The notes under the pieces: generated by a model
The model's input: only the letters and a program-made list of their open reading frames with translations
Told to the model about the DNA's origin: nothing
Databases searched by the model: none
Made by a program: the position numbers and the translations under genes
Shown: piece after piece, positions 9,703 through 18,192 of the stretch
Numbering within the stretch: position 1 is the stretch's first letter
Layout of the letters: each line of letters opens with the position of its first letter
Virus record (IMG/VR): IMGVR_UViG_3300045999_010033
Span: 157,096 to 221,095 of that record
Reading direction: 5' to 3' (one strand)
Length of the DNA: 64,000 bases

Positions 9703-10890
9703 TCAACCTATATAAATTGTGAGTGGAATTTTTTTCAACATCTCTTGATGGTAATCGGCTTCGTTCTTTTTATATTCAAATTGCTTTGTACGTCCGAGTT
9801 CATCTAAATTTTCGCGTAGTTGAGTGATTAGTGTATCCTTTTCGGTTTGAGCTTCGGAACGAAGTGCCGCACCATCAAGTGATACTTCACCATCGGGTAT
9901 CGGAATTGTACTATATTTTTCACGAATAGCACCAAGTAATTCTTTAGCAAGGGCTAATGTGTATTTTCGTATCCATTGTTTTCCAACATCGTTTATGGAA
10001 TCATATGAAATAAAATCATATTTAATATCCGAATAGTCCGATACCTTATTATCTTTTATAGTTATCGCGTTTTTATCAAATTCATTACTTGAAAAATATT
10101 CAAAATAAATTCGTTTTGGGGTTCGAACCGTTGGGATTGGAAATACTTTTATTTTATCATTTACAATATTAAAAGTATATGCAGATTTACGAATTTGGTC
10201 GTTTAACTCAATGTGTTGAATTCTAAGTGCATCCTCAAATAGTGGCATCAATAGGAATTGTGCCGCAGGTGAATACTGTCCAAATCCAAATTCATCCAAT
10301 AAGTTTAGAGTACCTTGCGCACCAACTGAATATGGGTCAAAGAATCTTTGTATCGCAGGTGTTGATTCAAAAAATACTTTTGTAATTTCAAATTTAGATG
10401 CCGTGTTGAATAGAGTTGAAAACGATTGTGATGTGGCAGCATCCTTTGCCAATGAGGCGATATCGTATTCTTGCTTACCTACTTCCATATCAATATACGC
10501 CTTCTTAATATCCGTGTCACCACCAACATACGCAAGTGTTCCATATGCCTGCGACATTCTGAATATCGTAGGAACAAATGAGCCATCTACAAGTGTCTGA
10601 CTAAAGTTTTTGTTTTCTGATTTCGGATAACCACGGAGTATATTTAGATTATTTCTTATATTAAATTGATTAACTTGTGCCGAATATTCCGAAACGGCTT
10701 CTTCAAAGCAGGCATAAAATTGTGTATCTATCATTTCGATATCAACTGTTGGATATCCAAGACGAGTTGCACACCAAACTGCAGTTCTGGGTCCATCGGT
10801 TTGAAAATCCGCATCTGCATCATACAATGCGTATGGGGTTGAACCTGATATTGCCGAACCTGAACCGGGCCATTTTACGTTAAGAGACAT
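9703..10890 (-). CDS. Neck/adaptor protein (T4 gp13-like)
   Basis: RLGYPTVDIEM..Q, WIRKYTLALAKELLG..R.KY..P.G.V.LDG, C-terminal P..IYIG. Confidence 0.8.
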   Translation of the reverse strand: MSLNVKWPGSGSAISGSTPYALYDADADFQTDGPRTAVWCATRLGYPTVDIEMIDTQFYACFEEAVSEYSAQVNQFNIRNNLNILRGYPKSENKNFSQTLVDGSFVPTIFRMSQAYGTLAYVGGDTDIKKAYIDMEVGKQEYDIASLAKDAATSQSFSTLFNTASKFEITKVFFESTPAIQRFFDPYSVGAQGTLNLLDEFGFGQYSPAAQFLLMPLFEDALRIQHIELNDQIRKSAYTFNIVNDKIKVFPIPTVRTPKRIYFEYFSSNEFDKNAITIKDNKVSDYSDIKYDFISYDSINDVGKQWIRKYTLALAKELLGAIREKYSTIPIPDGEVSLDGAALRSEAQTEKDTLITQLRENLDELGRTKQFEYKKNEADYHQEMLKKIPLTIYIG

Positions 10891-10904
10891 AGTTAGTTAT
10901 TTAC

Positions 10905-10914
10905 TATAAATATA
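10905..10914 (-). promoter_or_regulatory. Representative copy of the recurrent ATATTTAT(A) upstream motif (candidate late promoter)
   Basis: Copies at 6884, 10905, 13919, 16971, 19070, 23550, 30805, 34829, 39626, 40828, 42764, 54726, 58113, 61951 and 62835, all just upstream of gene starts. Confidence 0.7.
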
Positions 10915-10946
10915 AAAAATAAAAAAGGGGAGAATTAATCTCCCCT
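10915..10946 (-). terminator. Intrinsic terminator after major capsid gene
   Basis: Sense GGGGAGA-TTAAT-TCTCCCC followed by TTTTTTATTTTT. Confidence 0.8.
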
Positions 10947-10974
10947 AATTTATTTTTGGTTATCTAATCGGTGA

Positions 10975-12609
10975 TTAGAGAGTATGTAGACCCTCAACCA
11001 CAATCTTGCCATAGAATTCCGGACGGACTATCTTCTTAGCGTATCTCGTCATAACTCCACGACGTGGTGTGAAGTTAGTCGGGTCATACACAAGCGGAGT
11101 CATAATCAAAGGCACATATGGTGCGTAGACAGCTCCAGTTTCGAAGAAGTTAGAACCTTTGAAACCAAGAAGGATAACGTTCTCAGTCATGTATGGGTTT
11201 TTGTAAACATCATACCTGTTAGAGATTGAACCTACATTGGTTACACCAGCTGCAAATTGAAGAGCATCTTTACCAGGGTTAGCTGAGAAGCCATTCATTG
11301 ATTCGAGGATAGTACATACATCCGGGCTAGCCACGATGAAGTTTGCACCACCACGCATTGTCAACTGATGGATTTTGTTTGATACCTTTTGAAGTTTGAT
11401 ACCAAGTGTTTGATACCAAGTGTTCTTTTGGTAAGCGTTTGCAGATATAGTAGCAGAATCAGGTGCGAAAAGACCGGTTGTTGAATTGTAGTCGTATCCT
11501 ACTCTTGCAGACCAGTAATCAGTAGTCAATGCGTTAGCCTGAAGCATCTCAAGAATTTCCAAATCAATCTCAAGAGAGATGTATTCAGAAAGCATCTGAG
11601 TCAATTCAGCTTCTGCGTCGATACTGTGGTATGCGTTAAGGTCTTGCGCCAATTCAGGAGTCCAAACTGCTTTCAACTTACGAGTTTTAGCAACGATTGG
11701 TTCTGATTTGAGTTCAAGCTCAATTTCAGGAATACCAACATCAGCACCAGTTCTATCTTCAAAATCACCTCTTGAAGTAGCGGTTGGTTGTTTGTGATAA
11801 GATACTGTTGCAGTTGCACCATCGGAAAGGAATGCAGCAGTAGATCCAGTTACAAAGAATTCAACAAAGTTTCCGTTGATATTTGTGTATTGTGGATATA
11901 GTGTGACAGAGCCAGATGTAAGTACAAACGCTCTAACACCATTGAAATCCATTTCGGAAAGAATTGATGAAGATACTGCTACCTTCTTAATACCACCTGC
12001 TGCAACGGATGCTGAAAGTGCGTTTGAATAATCGGTATCTGCCCAAGATGCACTTGTTACAGTTACTCCTGCACCTATACTTCCTGTACCGATTGTTACA
12101 CTAACATCGTTGATGGAATATCCGAAACGACCAGGGCCATAAAGACCTTCTTCTGCTACTTGAGTAGAACCAAGTTTGTTACCTGCAGGTGAAAGAGAAT
12201 CTTTACCAACGGTACCACCTTTACCGAACATTGAAGAACCAGAGAATGCTGGCTTACCTGCTTGGTCGGTTGAATACTTGAAGTCCATGTAGAAGATAAG
12301 ACCTGAAGGTAAGTTCATCGGCTGTACAGAAACGAATTCTTTTGCAGCGATGCTACCAAAGATACGTCTTACAAGCGGAAGAGCTACACCTGCCCATTCT
12401 TCAGAACCAGCTGCGAAGCCAGTCTTTGTTGCTTCATCAAGAAGCTGCTTAGCTTGGTTTTCAAGCAATACTGCCATACCATGCTTTTGTGATTCAGAAC
12501 CTGCTCCTTCAAGAAGGCCTGTTTTTTCCCATTTGGATTTCAAACCCCTAGTTTGCTCAAGCATAATGCTTTGCGGGTTTGCACCATTCATTAATTTTTT
12601 TAAGTCCAT
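10975..12609 (-). CDS. Major capsid protein (T4 gp23-like), 544 aa
   Basis: AVLLENQ, VSVQPMNLPSGLIF, AKTRKLKAVWTPELAQDLNAYHSIDAEAEL, YAPYVPL, F.PRRGVMTRYA. Start reassigned to ATG at 12609 (MDLKKLM). Confidence 0.95.
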   Translation of the reverse strand: MDLKKLMNGANPQSIMLEQTRGLKSKWEKTGLLEGAGSESQKHGMAVLLENQAKQLLDEATKTGFAAGSEEWAGVALPLVRRIFGSIAAKEFVSVQPMNLPSGLIFYMDFKYSTDQAGKPAFSGSSMFGKGGTVGKDSLSPAGNKLGSTQVAEEGLYGPGRFGYSINDVSVTIGTGSIGAGVTVTSASWADTDYSNALSASVAAGGIKKVAVSSSILSEMDFNGVRAFVLTSGSVTLYPQYTNINGNFVEFFVTGSTAAFLSDGATATVSYHKQPTATSRGDFEDRTGADVGIPEIELELKSEPIVAKTRKLKAVWTPELAQDLNAYHSIDAEAELTQMLSEYISLEIDLEILEMLQANALTTDYWSARVGYDYNSTTGLFAPDSATISANAYQKNTWYQTLGIKLQKVSNKIHQLTMRGGANFIVASPDVCTILESMNGFSANPGKDALQFAAGVTNVGSISNRYDVYKNPYMTENVILLGFKGSNFFETGAVYAPYVPLIMTPLVYDPTNFTPRRGVMTRYAKKIVRPEFYGKIVVEGLHTL

Positions 12610-12628
12610 TTTGTTTTGTTTTGTTTTA

Positions 12629-13777
12629 TTACTTAATAATACCAGCCAACTTCTTAAATCTATTTGCGAAGTCAGCATTTTCAGAAATTACTTGCTTTTG
12701 TTGAGCAGCGGTAGGTTTTGTTGATTTAACCGCTCTACTTGCAATACCTTCAGCGATAGCCTTTTTAGCAACTTTAGATACTGATGTGTACTTAAAGTTT
12801 TCTGCCAATGTAGAATATACTAATTTGACTTCTCTAACTGATTTTGTTCTATCCAAAGTTTCGATAACTTTAACCTTTTGCTCGTTGGTCATGTTATGTG
12901 CTCTGAACAATTTGTTTGCGAAAAGAAGTTTAGCGTTTAGAAGATTTACTTCATTGATAGTGCCCTGAAGTGATTTGATTGCCTTGTATGCTTGGTTAAG
13001 TTCGGATTTCAACTTTTTGTTTTCTTCCACTTTCTTTTCCATTTCATCATCATCTGCATCGGTCATATCAGCTTCCATTTCACGAAGAATTTCTTCTAAG
13101 TCAATGGTATCATCATCTTTTGCAGTATCATCTTCATCTTCTTCACTAACAACTACTTTTGGGTCTTCACCTTTATCGGTGCCGGCCTCTTCACCATCGG
13201 CTAGGGATTCCATAGCCATCTGGTCATCATCTTCATCTTCAGTTGATTCTTCTTCTGCGAGTGATGATTCCAATTCTCTAATGATTGATTCAAGATCCAT
13301 ATCATCTTCATCATCATACGCTTCTTCTTCATCTCCGGTGATTTCGTATTCCTCATCATTATCGGAATCAGTGTCATCGTCACCGAAATCCATATCATCG
13401 TCGCCGAAATCCATATCATCGGTATCATCTGTGTCTTCTTCTTCAGTAAGATCTTTTACTTTAGAATAGTCATCAAGTTCAGAACCGGGTTCGCCGGATT
13501 CGGTTTCAGTAGAACCACCTTCGAATTCGGTATCGGCATCATAACCCGAAGGTTCTTTCATGTCACCTGCACCGATTTCAGATGAATCTAATTCCTCGGT
13601 CTTCATTTCTTCTTCATCATCGCTCATTTCGGCTTCTGCTCTCAATTTTTGAGATAGAATTGATTGGAGGCGTGGAGTGAAGGCTTCTTCAAGAGCGAGT
13701 TTAGCATTTGCCAAAGCAGTTTCTTTAACGGCTTTAGCATCAGCAATTGCTTGCTTTAACAATTTTGAATTTGCCAT
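12629..13777 (-). CDS. Prohead scaffolding/core protein (gp22-like role)
   Basis: Highly acidic centre, coiled-coil C-terminus (INEVNLLNAKLLF), directly upstream of the capsid gene. Confidence 0.75.
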   Translation of the reverse strand: MANSKLLKQAIADAKAVKETALANAKLALEEAFTPRLQSILSQKLRAEAEMSDDEEEMKTEELDSSEIGAGDMKEPSGYDADTEFEGGSTETESGEPGSELDDYSKVKDLTEEEDTDDTDDMDFGDDDMDFGDDDTDSDNDEEYEITGDEEEAYDDEDDMDLESIIRELESSLAEEESTEDEDDDQMAMESLADGEEAGTDKGEDPKVVVSEEDEDDTAKDDDTIDLEEILREMEADMTDADDDEMEKKVEENKKLKSELNQAYKAIKSLQGTINEVNLLNAKLLFANKLFRAHNMTNEQKVKVIETLDRTKSVREVKLVYSTLAENFKYTSVSKVAKKAIAEGIASRAVKSTKPTAAQQKQVISENADFANRFKKLAGIIK

Positions 13778-13955
13778 AATTTTTTACTTTTTTGATTTGT
13801 GAAGTTATTGTAGGGGAACTTCAATAGAATTTAGTTAGTTGTTCGGTCACCACTTATAGGGAAGGGTATTCATTAACTAACGAAGTTTAATCACATAATA
13901 AAAAATGTGATATTTGAGTATAAATATCACATTTTATAAAAAACATAAAATTAAT

Positions 13956-14390
13956 TTACCAATTTATATTATCTACTTTATTTTTTATAGTTGTTGCAAC
14001 TCCACGTTCTTTTGCTTCTTCGTTCATTGCCTTTGTTAACACCTTTCTTAACTCACGTATAAGTTCATCGTAATTTATATCAGTATTATTTTCGTAAGAT
14101 GTAAGTTGTGCCTTTGTTTCTGGTAGTTCCATTATATAATCTATAAGGTGTGTTCCTGCACCATTTTTTTCAACATATTTATCAATTTTTTTTAAAAAAC
14201 TATTTGTGTTACTAAAGTTTTTTAATATTTTTTTAAGTGCCCTTTGAACTTCAACACTTCTTCCGTTATAATATGCATCTATATTATCTGCAAGTTTACT
14301 AAACAAACCGGTTACCCAAGCTAGTATCAGTATTCCACCTAAAATAGCCACCAATGAAAATTCGTTCAATTGTTTTTTATTTGTTTTCAT
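13956..14390 (-). CDS. Putative head cargo protein with LNE site followed by a hydrophobic helix
   Basis: Likely start ATG 14390: MKTNKKQLNE|FSLVAILGGILILAWVTGLF. Confidence 0.55.
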   Translation of the reverse strand: MKTNKKQLNEFSLVAILGGILILAWVTGLFSKLADNIDAYYNGRSVEVQRALKKILKNFSNTNSFLKKIDKYVEKNGAGTHLIDYIMELPETKAQLTSYENNTDINYDELIRELRKVLTKAMNEEAKERGVATTIKNKVDNINW

Positions 14391-14391
14391 T

Positions 14392-14922
14392 TTATTTGAA
14401 ATATATTTCTTCAAAGTGAAGTATATCCAATAGGTTTGTTGGGTCTATTAATTGTGCCGCATTTAGAAGGTCTGAAAATTCTGTTATTGATTCGAATTGT
14501 CCTTTTCTAAATTCTTCTAGAAAATCAAACGTTGTAATATCTTTTTGCATAATCTCAACTGAATCCGCATTGTATTTTGTGAATAGGTCGTATTCCAATG
14601 CGTAAGATTTATTTACTATATCAATCAATCCTGTGAAATTAATGTTTGGTTTTACGGCCGGCATAGTTGGATTTATATTCCAATCTACAAGGTATTGTTG
14701 AAGTTTTTCGGCATGTCCCAATTCATTGGCTGCTTCTTTTTCAAAGAATGCTGCAGCATTGTTATATCCAACACCTTTGCACCAATTCGATGCAATACGA
14801 TAAAAGAAGTGTGCAGTATATTCATCTACCAATCTATCGTTGATAATCTTTACCGATGCTGGGTTAAGCTCTTTTGGATTTAGAGCCTTTGCCATTGTCA
14901 ATGCTTTGATATTTGTTGCCAT
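14392..14922 (-). CDS. Ferritin-like protein
   Basis: DEYTAHFFY...FFEKEAANELGHAEKLQQYL...ALE...GQFESITE matches non-haem ferritin ferroxidase-centre spacing. Start reassigned to MATNIK. Confidence 0.8.
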   Translation of the reverse strand: MATNIKALTMAKALNPKELNPASVKIINDRLVDEYTAHFFYRIASNWCKGVGYNNAAAFFEKEAANELGHAEKLQQYLVDWNINPTMPAVKPNINFTGLIDIVNKSYALEYDLFTKYNADSVEIMQKDITTFDFLEEFRKGQFESITEFSDLLNAAQLIDPTNLLDILHFEEIYFK

Positions 14923-14926
14923 AAAC

Positions 14927-15184
14927 TTAATGTAATTTTTGTTTTTCTCCTTTAATATAAGAAATAAATGCATTCATTGATGATGAATCTCTAAATACTA
15001 TTTGTTTCTTATCTTTATCGTAACTTTTTATATCTCTTTGAATTTGTGCCAACGCAGGATTTTGATACATTGTAGATAGTGTTTTCCATACTCTTTCCCA
15101 TACTTGCGGGTTTTGAATTGTTAGTGTACTATCGGTTGCCCCATCATTTGCGTTATAATCAAATTCTTCTTTTATTTTTTTTTT
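14927..15184 (-). CDS. Start-less 85-codon open frame (KKKIKEEFDYNAND...GEKQKLH*), the -1 frame continuation of the 15172-15588 gene
   Basis: Open from the A10 run (15175-15184) to TAA at 14927-14929, 4 nt before the ferritin ATG. No ATG/GTG/TTG between the upstream in-frame TGA and the run. Confidence 0.6.
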   Translation of the reverse strand, partial: KKKIKEEFDYNANDGATDSTLTIQNPQVWERVWKTLSTMYQNPALAQIQRDIKSYDKDKKQIVFRDSSSMNAFISYIKGEKQKLH

Positions 15185-15588
15185 AGTCCAAGCCTTTCTT
15201 GCATTTGCTCATGTGAAATATCGGCGATTTCAAAATATCTTCCGAGAACGTGTCCCATATCTTCATATAGGGCTTCAAGTCTTTGTTCTTGCTGATGTGC
15301 TATACTTGATTCTTTTTCAAACTTTTCTTGTAAGGATTTTAATTCTTTCATATTACGTTTGATAGTAACACGGTCAAACCAATCTCCACCCTCTCTCAAT
15401 GTGTATTCTTGTGCAGCATCTGCAATAGCACCAAGTGTTTCGGCAATTTGACGAATATCAGATTTACGATTAATACTTTCTCTATGTGTGCCGAATGTAG
15501 ATATTATTTCCAAAAAGTGTTTTTTAACTTCGGAAGGTAATTGTTGAAACTCTTCGGATTCTTTCAGTAAATCTTTTAATCGTATCAT
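15172..15588 (-). CDS. Putative internal head protein with MIRLKDLLKE leader
   Basis: ORF track; shared leader; ends CTA AAA AAA AAA TAA. Confidence 0.7.
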   Translation of the reverse strand: MIRLKDLLKESEEFQQLPSEVKKHFLEIISTFGTHRESINRKSDIRQIAETLGAIADAAQEYTLREGGDWFDRVTIKRNMKELKSLQEKFEKESSIAHQQEQRLEALYEDMGHVLGRYFEIADISHEQMQERLGLKKK

Positions 15589-15609
15589 TGTTTATATTTA
15601 ATATATTAA

Positions 15610-16164
15610 TTAAAACTCATCATTACCGTACGCCTTAATAAGTTGCATCAATCCATCGTAAGTTTTAGAAGAACCCTCTGGCTTATATTCACCATATCTA
15701 CTATTAAACTTTACTTTGACGGAATCTTTATCAGGATGACTTAACCAAACATTTTGTGTTGTATTTGATGTTTTTACAACAACTCCATTTTTATATTTTT
15801 TTGTATCAAACGCTTTCCACTCTCGGCCGGCTGGCTTTGGCTGTGATTTTGGTCTTTCAAATTTTTGGTATGGCTTATCACCCTTTCCGTACTCGCCGGC
15901 TGCAAATTTATTAACAAGATTATTTAAACCGGTTACATCACCACGATATCCATCTGCGTTTGCAGGAGTTCTCCATCTATCAGTTGCTGCTCCATCTTTT
16001 TTGAACTGCATAGTTCCATATTTTGGATGGCTTAAAGTTACATACTTATCGGCGGTTCTTACTGATACCCCATTTTTGAAATTTAATACACTTTCATTAA
16101 TGGTGGAGATTTTTTTAATCTCCTCACGAATTATTTGTCTTAATTGTGATACTGTGATTTTCAT
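15610..16164 (-). CDS. Putative internal head protein (MKITVSQLRQIIREE leader) with duplicated internal module
   Basis: FKNGVSVRT..YVTLSHP and YKNGVVVKTS..VWLSHP; GLNNLVNKFAAGEY and GLMQLIKAYGNDEF. Confidence 0.6.
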   Translation of the reverse strand: MKITVSQLRQIIREEIKKISTINESVLNFKNGVSVRTADKYVTLSHPKYGTMQFKKDGAATDRWRTPANADGYRGDVTGLNNLVNKFAAGEYGKGDKPYQKFERPKSQPKPAGREWKAFDTKKYKNGVVVKTSNTTQNVWLSHPDKDSVKVKFNSRYGEYKPEGSSKTYDGLMQLIKAYGNDEF

Positions 16165-16190
16165 TGTTTTTTTTTTTGATTAATAAAAAT

Positions 16191-16658
16191 TTATTTTTTA
16201 TGAGATTGGTATCCTTTATTTTTCATCCAATTAGTTAATGCGTATGGATTATCAATGCCCGGCTTATCTTTCATTGCTTTAACGGTTCCTTCCCATCCTT
16301 CGGGTGCCTTTTCGGAAATATTTTCTCCTCTAAATCCACTCATTCCATCTCCTTTCGTATTTCCTTGAAACCCAGCACCTACATCATTTTTTTTTTGACC
16401 GCCGAATGCATCTGCTTGCTTAATCTTTTGGATAGCCCTCATTACTTCTTGCTTATCCATATTAAGGCCATCAATTATTTTTGCAATTACAAGTACTTCT
16501 TTTTTACGAGGAAGATTGTAAGTTTTTAATTGAGATGTAAGTTTTTCTAAAAATCGGTTTACAGCCGTTGGAAGATTAACATCCAAATCATCAAGTGCTT
16601 CTTTTTGAATTGGTTTTTTATTTTCTTTTATAAGGCCTTTTAGTTTTATTGGTTTCAT
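16191..16658 (-). CDS. Putative internal head protein (IKLKGLIKE leader; C-terminal ISE|KAPEGWEGTVKAMK module)
   Basis: ORF track; leader and internal xxE sites. Confidence 0.6.
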   Translation of the reverse strand: MKPIKLKGLIKENKKPIQKEALDDLDVNLPTAVNRFLEKLTSQLKTYNLPRKKEVLVIAKIIDGLNMDKQEVMRAIQKIKQADAFGGQKKNDVGAGFQGNTKGDGMSGFRGENISEKAPEGWEGTVKAMKDKPGIDNPYALTNWMKNKGYQSHKK

Positions 16659-16678
16659 ATTTTTTGATTATTATTTTA

Positions 16679-16951
16679 TTAGTTAACAACTATATCCCAA
16701 TACTTAGAAGTTTCTTTTTTTGGCATTGATGTGTTTGTATATTTTGGACTAAGACTGTATATACGACGTCCTCCATTAATAGTACGAGAATATGTATAGT
16801 ATTTCGGATTTGGTAGATCATTTGTTCCATCAACTTCAAGTGGTAGCATGCCTCGTTTACGTCTTTGCCTATGTAGCGGATTATGCTTTTCGGCTTCATT
16901 CAGTTTTTGTATTCTATTAGGAATGAGTTTCATTAATTGCATGCTAATCAT
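16679..16951 (-). CDS. Small basic putative head protein (KLNE|A site)
   Basis: ORF 19 nt downstream of an ATATTTATA motif. Confidence 0.5.
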   Translation of the reverse strand: MISMQLMKLIPNRIQKLNEAEKHNPLHRQRRKRGMLPLEVDGTNDLPNPKYYTYSRTINGGRRIYSLSPKYTNTSMPKKETSKYWDIVVN

Positions 16952-16982
16952 TTTATTTTTCTTTATATAGTATAAATATACG

Positions 16983-17573
16983 TTAGTTCAATTCAACAAT
17001 TATTTCACGCATTAGGTCTTGTGCTTTACACCACTTACCACATTCGTCTGCAATTTTCTGCCATTGCTTACTCTCATTCATTGGTGCCATAAATGCTCCA
17101 TGCGTAGACGGGTTCGATACGAAGTCCCAGCCAACCAATTCGAAGTCGTCTTGCACCATTACCGTGCCATCCCTTTGCTCATTAACTGAACCAAGTCCAC
17201 GTGAACTAATACCAAGACGTATATTATTTTTAAGCAATTCTTTTAAGATATTGCCCGATGGTGTTGAAAGAATTTCTACCACTCCACAAACATCATCCCC
17301 TTCCCACCATATTTCACGAATATTGTGTGATACATTTTTAAGCTCGATTACTGGAGAATCCGGATGGTCTAATTCACCAAGTGCACGTCTTTCCTTAATC
17401 AATTGCTTATATTTTTCACACTCACGCTCTAATATCTCTTTTGGATAACGGCGATTGTTTTGATTGGGTGCACCTGCTCTTTGCAAAACGCCTTTAACAA
17501 GAAAAGTACCATTAGATTCTTCTTTGAGTTTTGCTTCGAATAGGTGGGTTTCTATTAATAGTTTTTTATTCAT
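16983..17573 (-). CDS. Prohead maturation protease (T4 gp21-like)
   Basis: NNRRYP, ALGELDHP, NVSH, LGISSRGLGS, DFVSNPST motifs. Confidence 0.93.
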   Translation of the reverse strand: MNKKLLIETHLFEAKLKEESNGTFLVKGVLQRAGAPNQNNRRYPKEILERECEKYKQLIKERRALGELDHPDSPVIELKNVSHNIREIWWEGDDVCGVVEILSTPSGNILKELLKNNIRLGISSRGLGSVNEQRDGTVMVQDDFELVGWDFVSNPSTHGAFMAPMNESKQWQKIADECGKWCKAQDLMREIIVELN

Positions 17574-17574
17574 T

Positions 17575-17769
17575 TTACATTCTTAATCTACCTTCAGACT
17601 TTGCTTGATATGCTTTGTCTACGGCATTAAAAAATTTCTTTTTTTCTTCGTCACTCATTGAGTTAATATCTTTCCCAGTTTTATCAAGCATAGTTTTGAA
17701 CAATTCTTGATAATCCTGCTCTTCTTTAATTACTTCTCTAACGAGTTCTTTTAGTTGTTGTAAGTTCAT
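17575..17769 (-). CDS. Small prohead core-like protein (64 aa)
   Basis: LKELVREVIKEE, MSDEEKKKFF; sits between portal and protease like T4 gp67/68. Confidence 0.55.
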   Translation of the reverse strand: MNLQQLKELVREVIKEEQDYQELFKTMLDKTGKDINSMSDEEKKKFFNAVDKAYQAKSEGRLRM

Positions 17770-17781
17770 TTTATTGTGGTT

Positions 17782-18192
17782 TTATTCTGATATTTTTCTA
17801 ATATGTTGTTCTAACTTAATCAACCTTTCTTTTATTTTCAAAATGTTTCCATTTGTACGTTTCCAAAATTGGTCATTAGATACTCCGTTTTCTTGCTTCA
17901 ATTTACCATACCAATTTAGAAATTTTTCCATTTCTGCCAATTGCTTATTGATGTTAGAAACGCCTTTACCGATTTTTCGGTGAGCAGGGATATCTTCATT
18001 TTTTAGTTCTAACCAACGATTTTCTTTTACAACGGTATACCCAGTTAGGTCAGCTTGTTGTTTCGCACTTTGCTTTGTATCTCCTCTTTTTTTGAATGCG
18101 TTTGGTGACTGGTATCCTTGAACGTTCCCTGTCACATTCATTTCTCTTACAACCTTTCTTATAAATTCTTTTAATTTACTTTTGTGTTGCAT
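17782..18192 (-). CDS. Hypothetical head-associated protein
   Basis: VVRE|MNVTGNVQGYQSPNAF and VKE|NRW sites. Confidence 0.55.
   Translation of the reverse strand: MQHKSKLKEFIRKVVREMNVTGNVQGYQSPNAFKKRGDTKQSAKQQADLTGYTVVKENRWLELKNEDIPAHRKIGKGVSNINKQLAEMEKFLNWYGKLKQENGVSNDQFWKRTNGNILKIKERLIKLEQHIRKISE

Noticed and set aside
10905-10914. TATAAATA copies as T4-style promoters firing on the plus strand
   Set aside because: There are no credible plus-strand genes downstream, and placement tracks minus-strand starts; antisense transcription is not formally excluded.
12610-12678. ORF-track N-terminal extension of the capsid protein (likewise 14973, 14414, 22675, 61965, 62832)
   Set aside because: The extensions overlap upstream genes or promoter motifs; the downstream ATGs have A-rich contexts and fit the gene packing better.
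12975-13469. Ser-rich plus-strand ORF of 164 aa
   Set aside because: It is the antisense shadow of the Asp/Glu-rich scaffold; the other short plus-strand ORFs similarly overlap confident minus-strand genes.
16167-16177. A11 run as another slippage site
   Set aside because: It is intergenic and just upstream of an ATG, so it is better explained as an A-rich initiation region; the -1 frame after the upstream gene's KK* closes within a few codons.
16690-16899. Overlapping 69-aa minus-strand ORF
   Set aside because: It is nested in 16679-16951, which follows the promoter motif and carries the LNE site.
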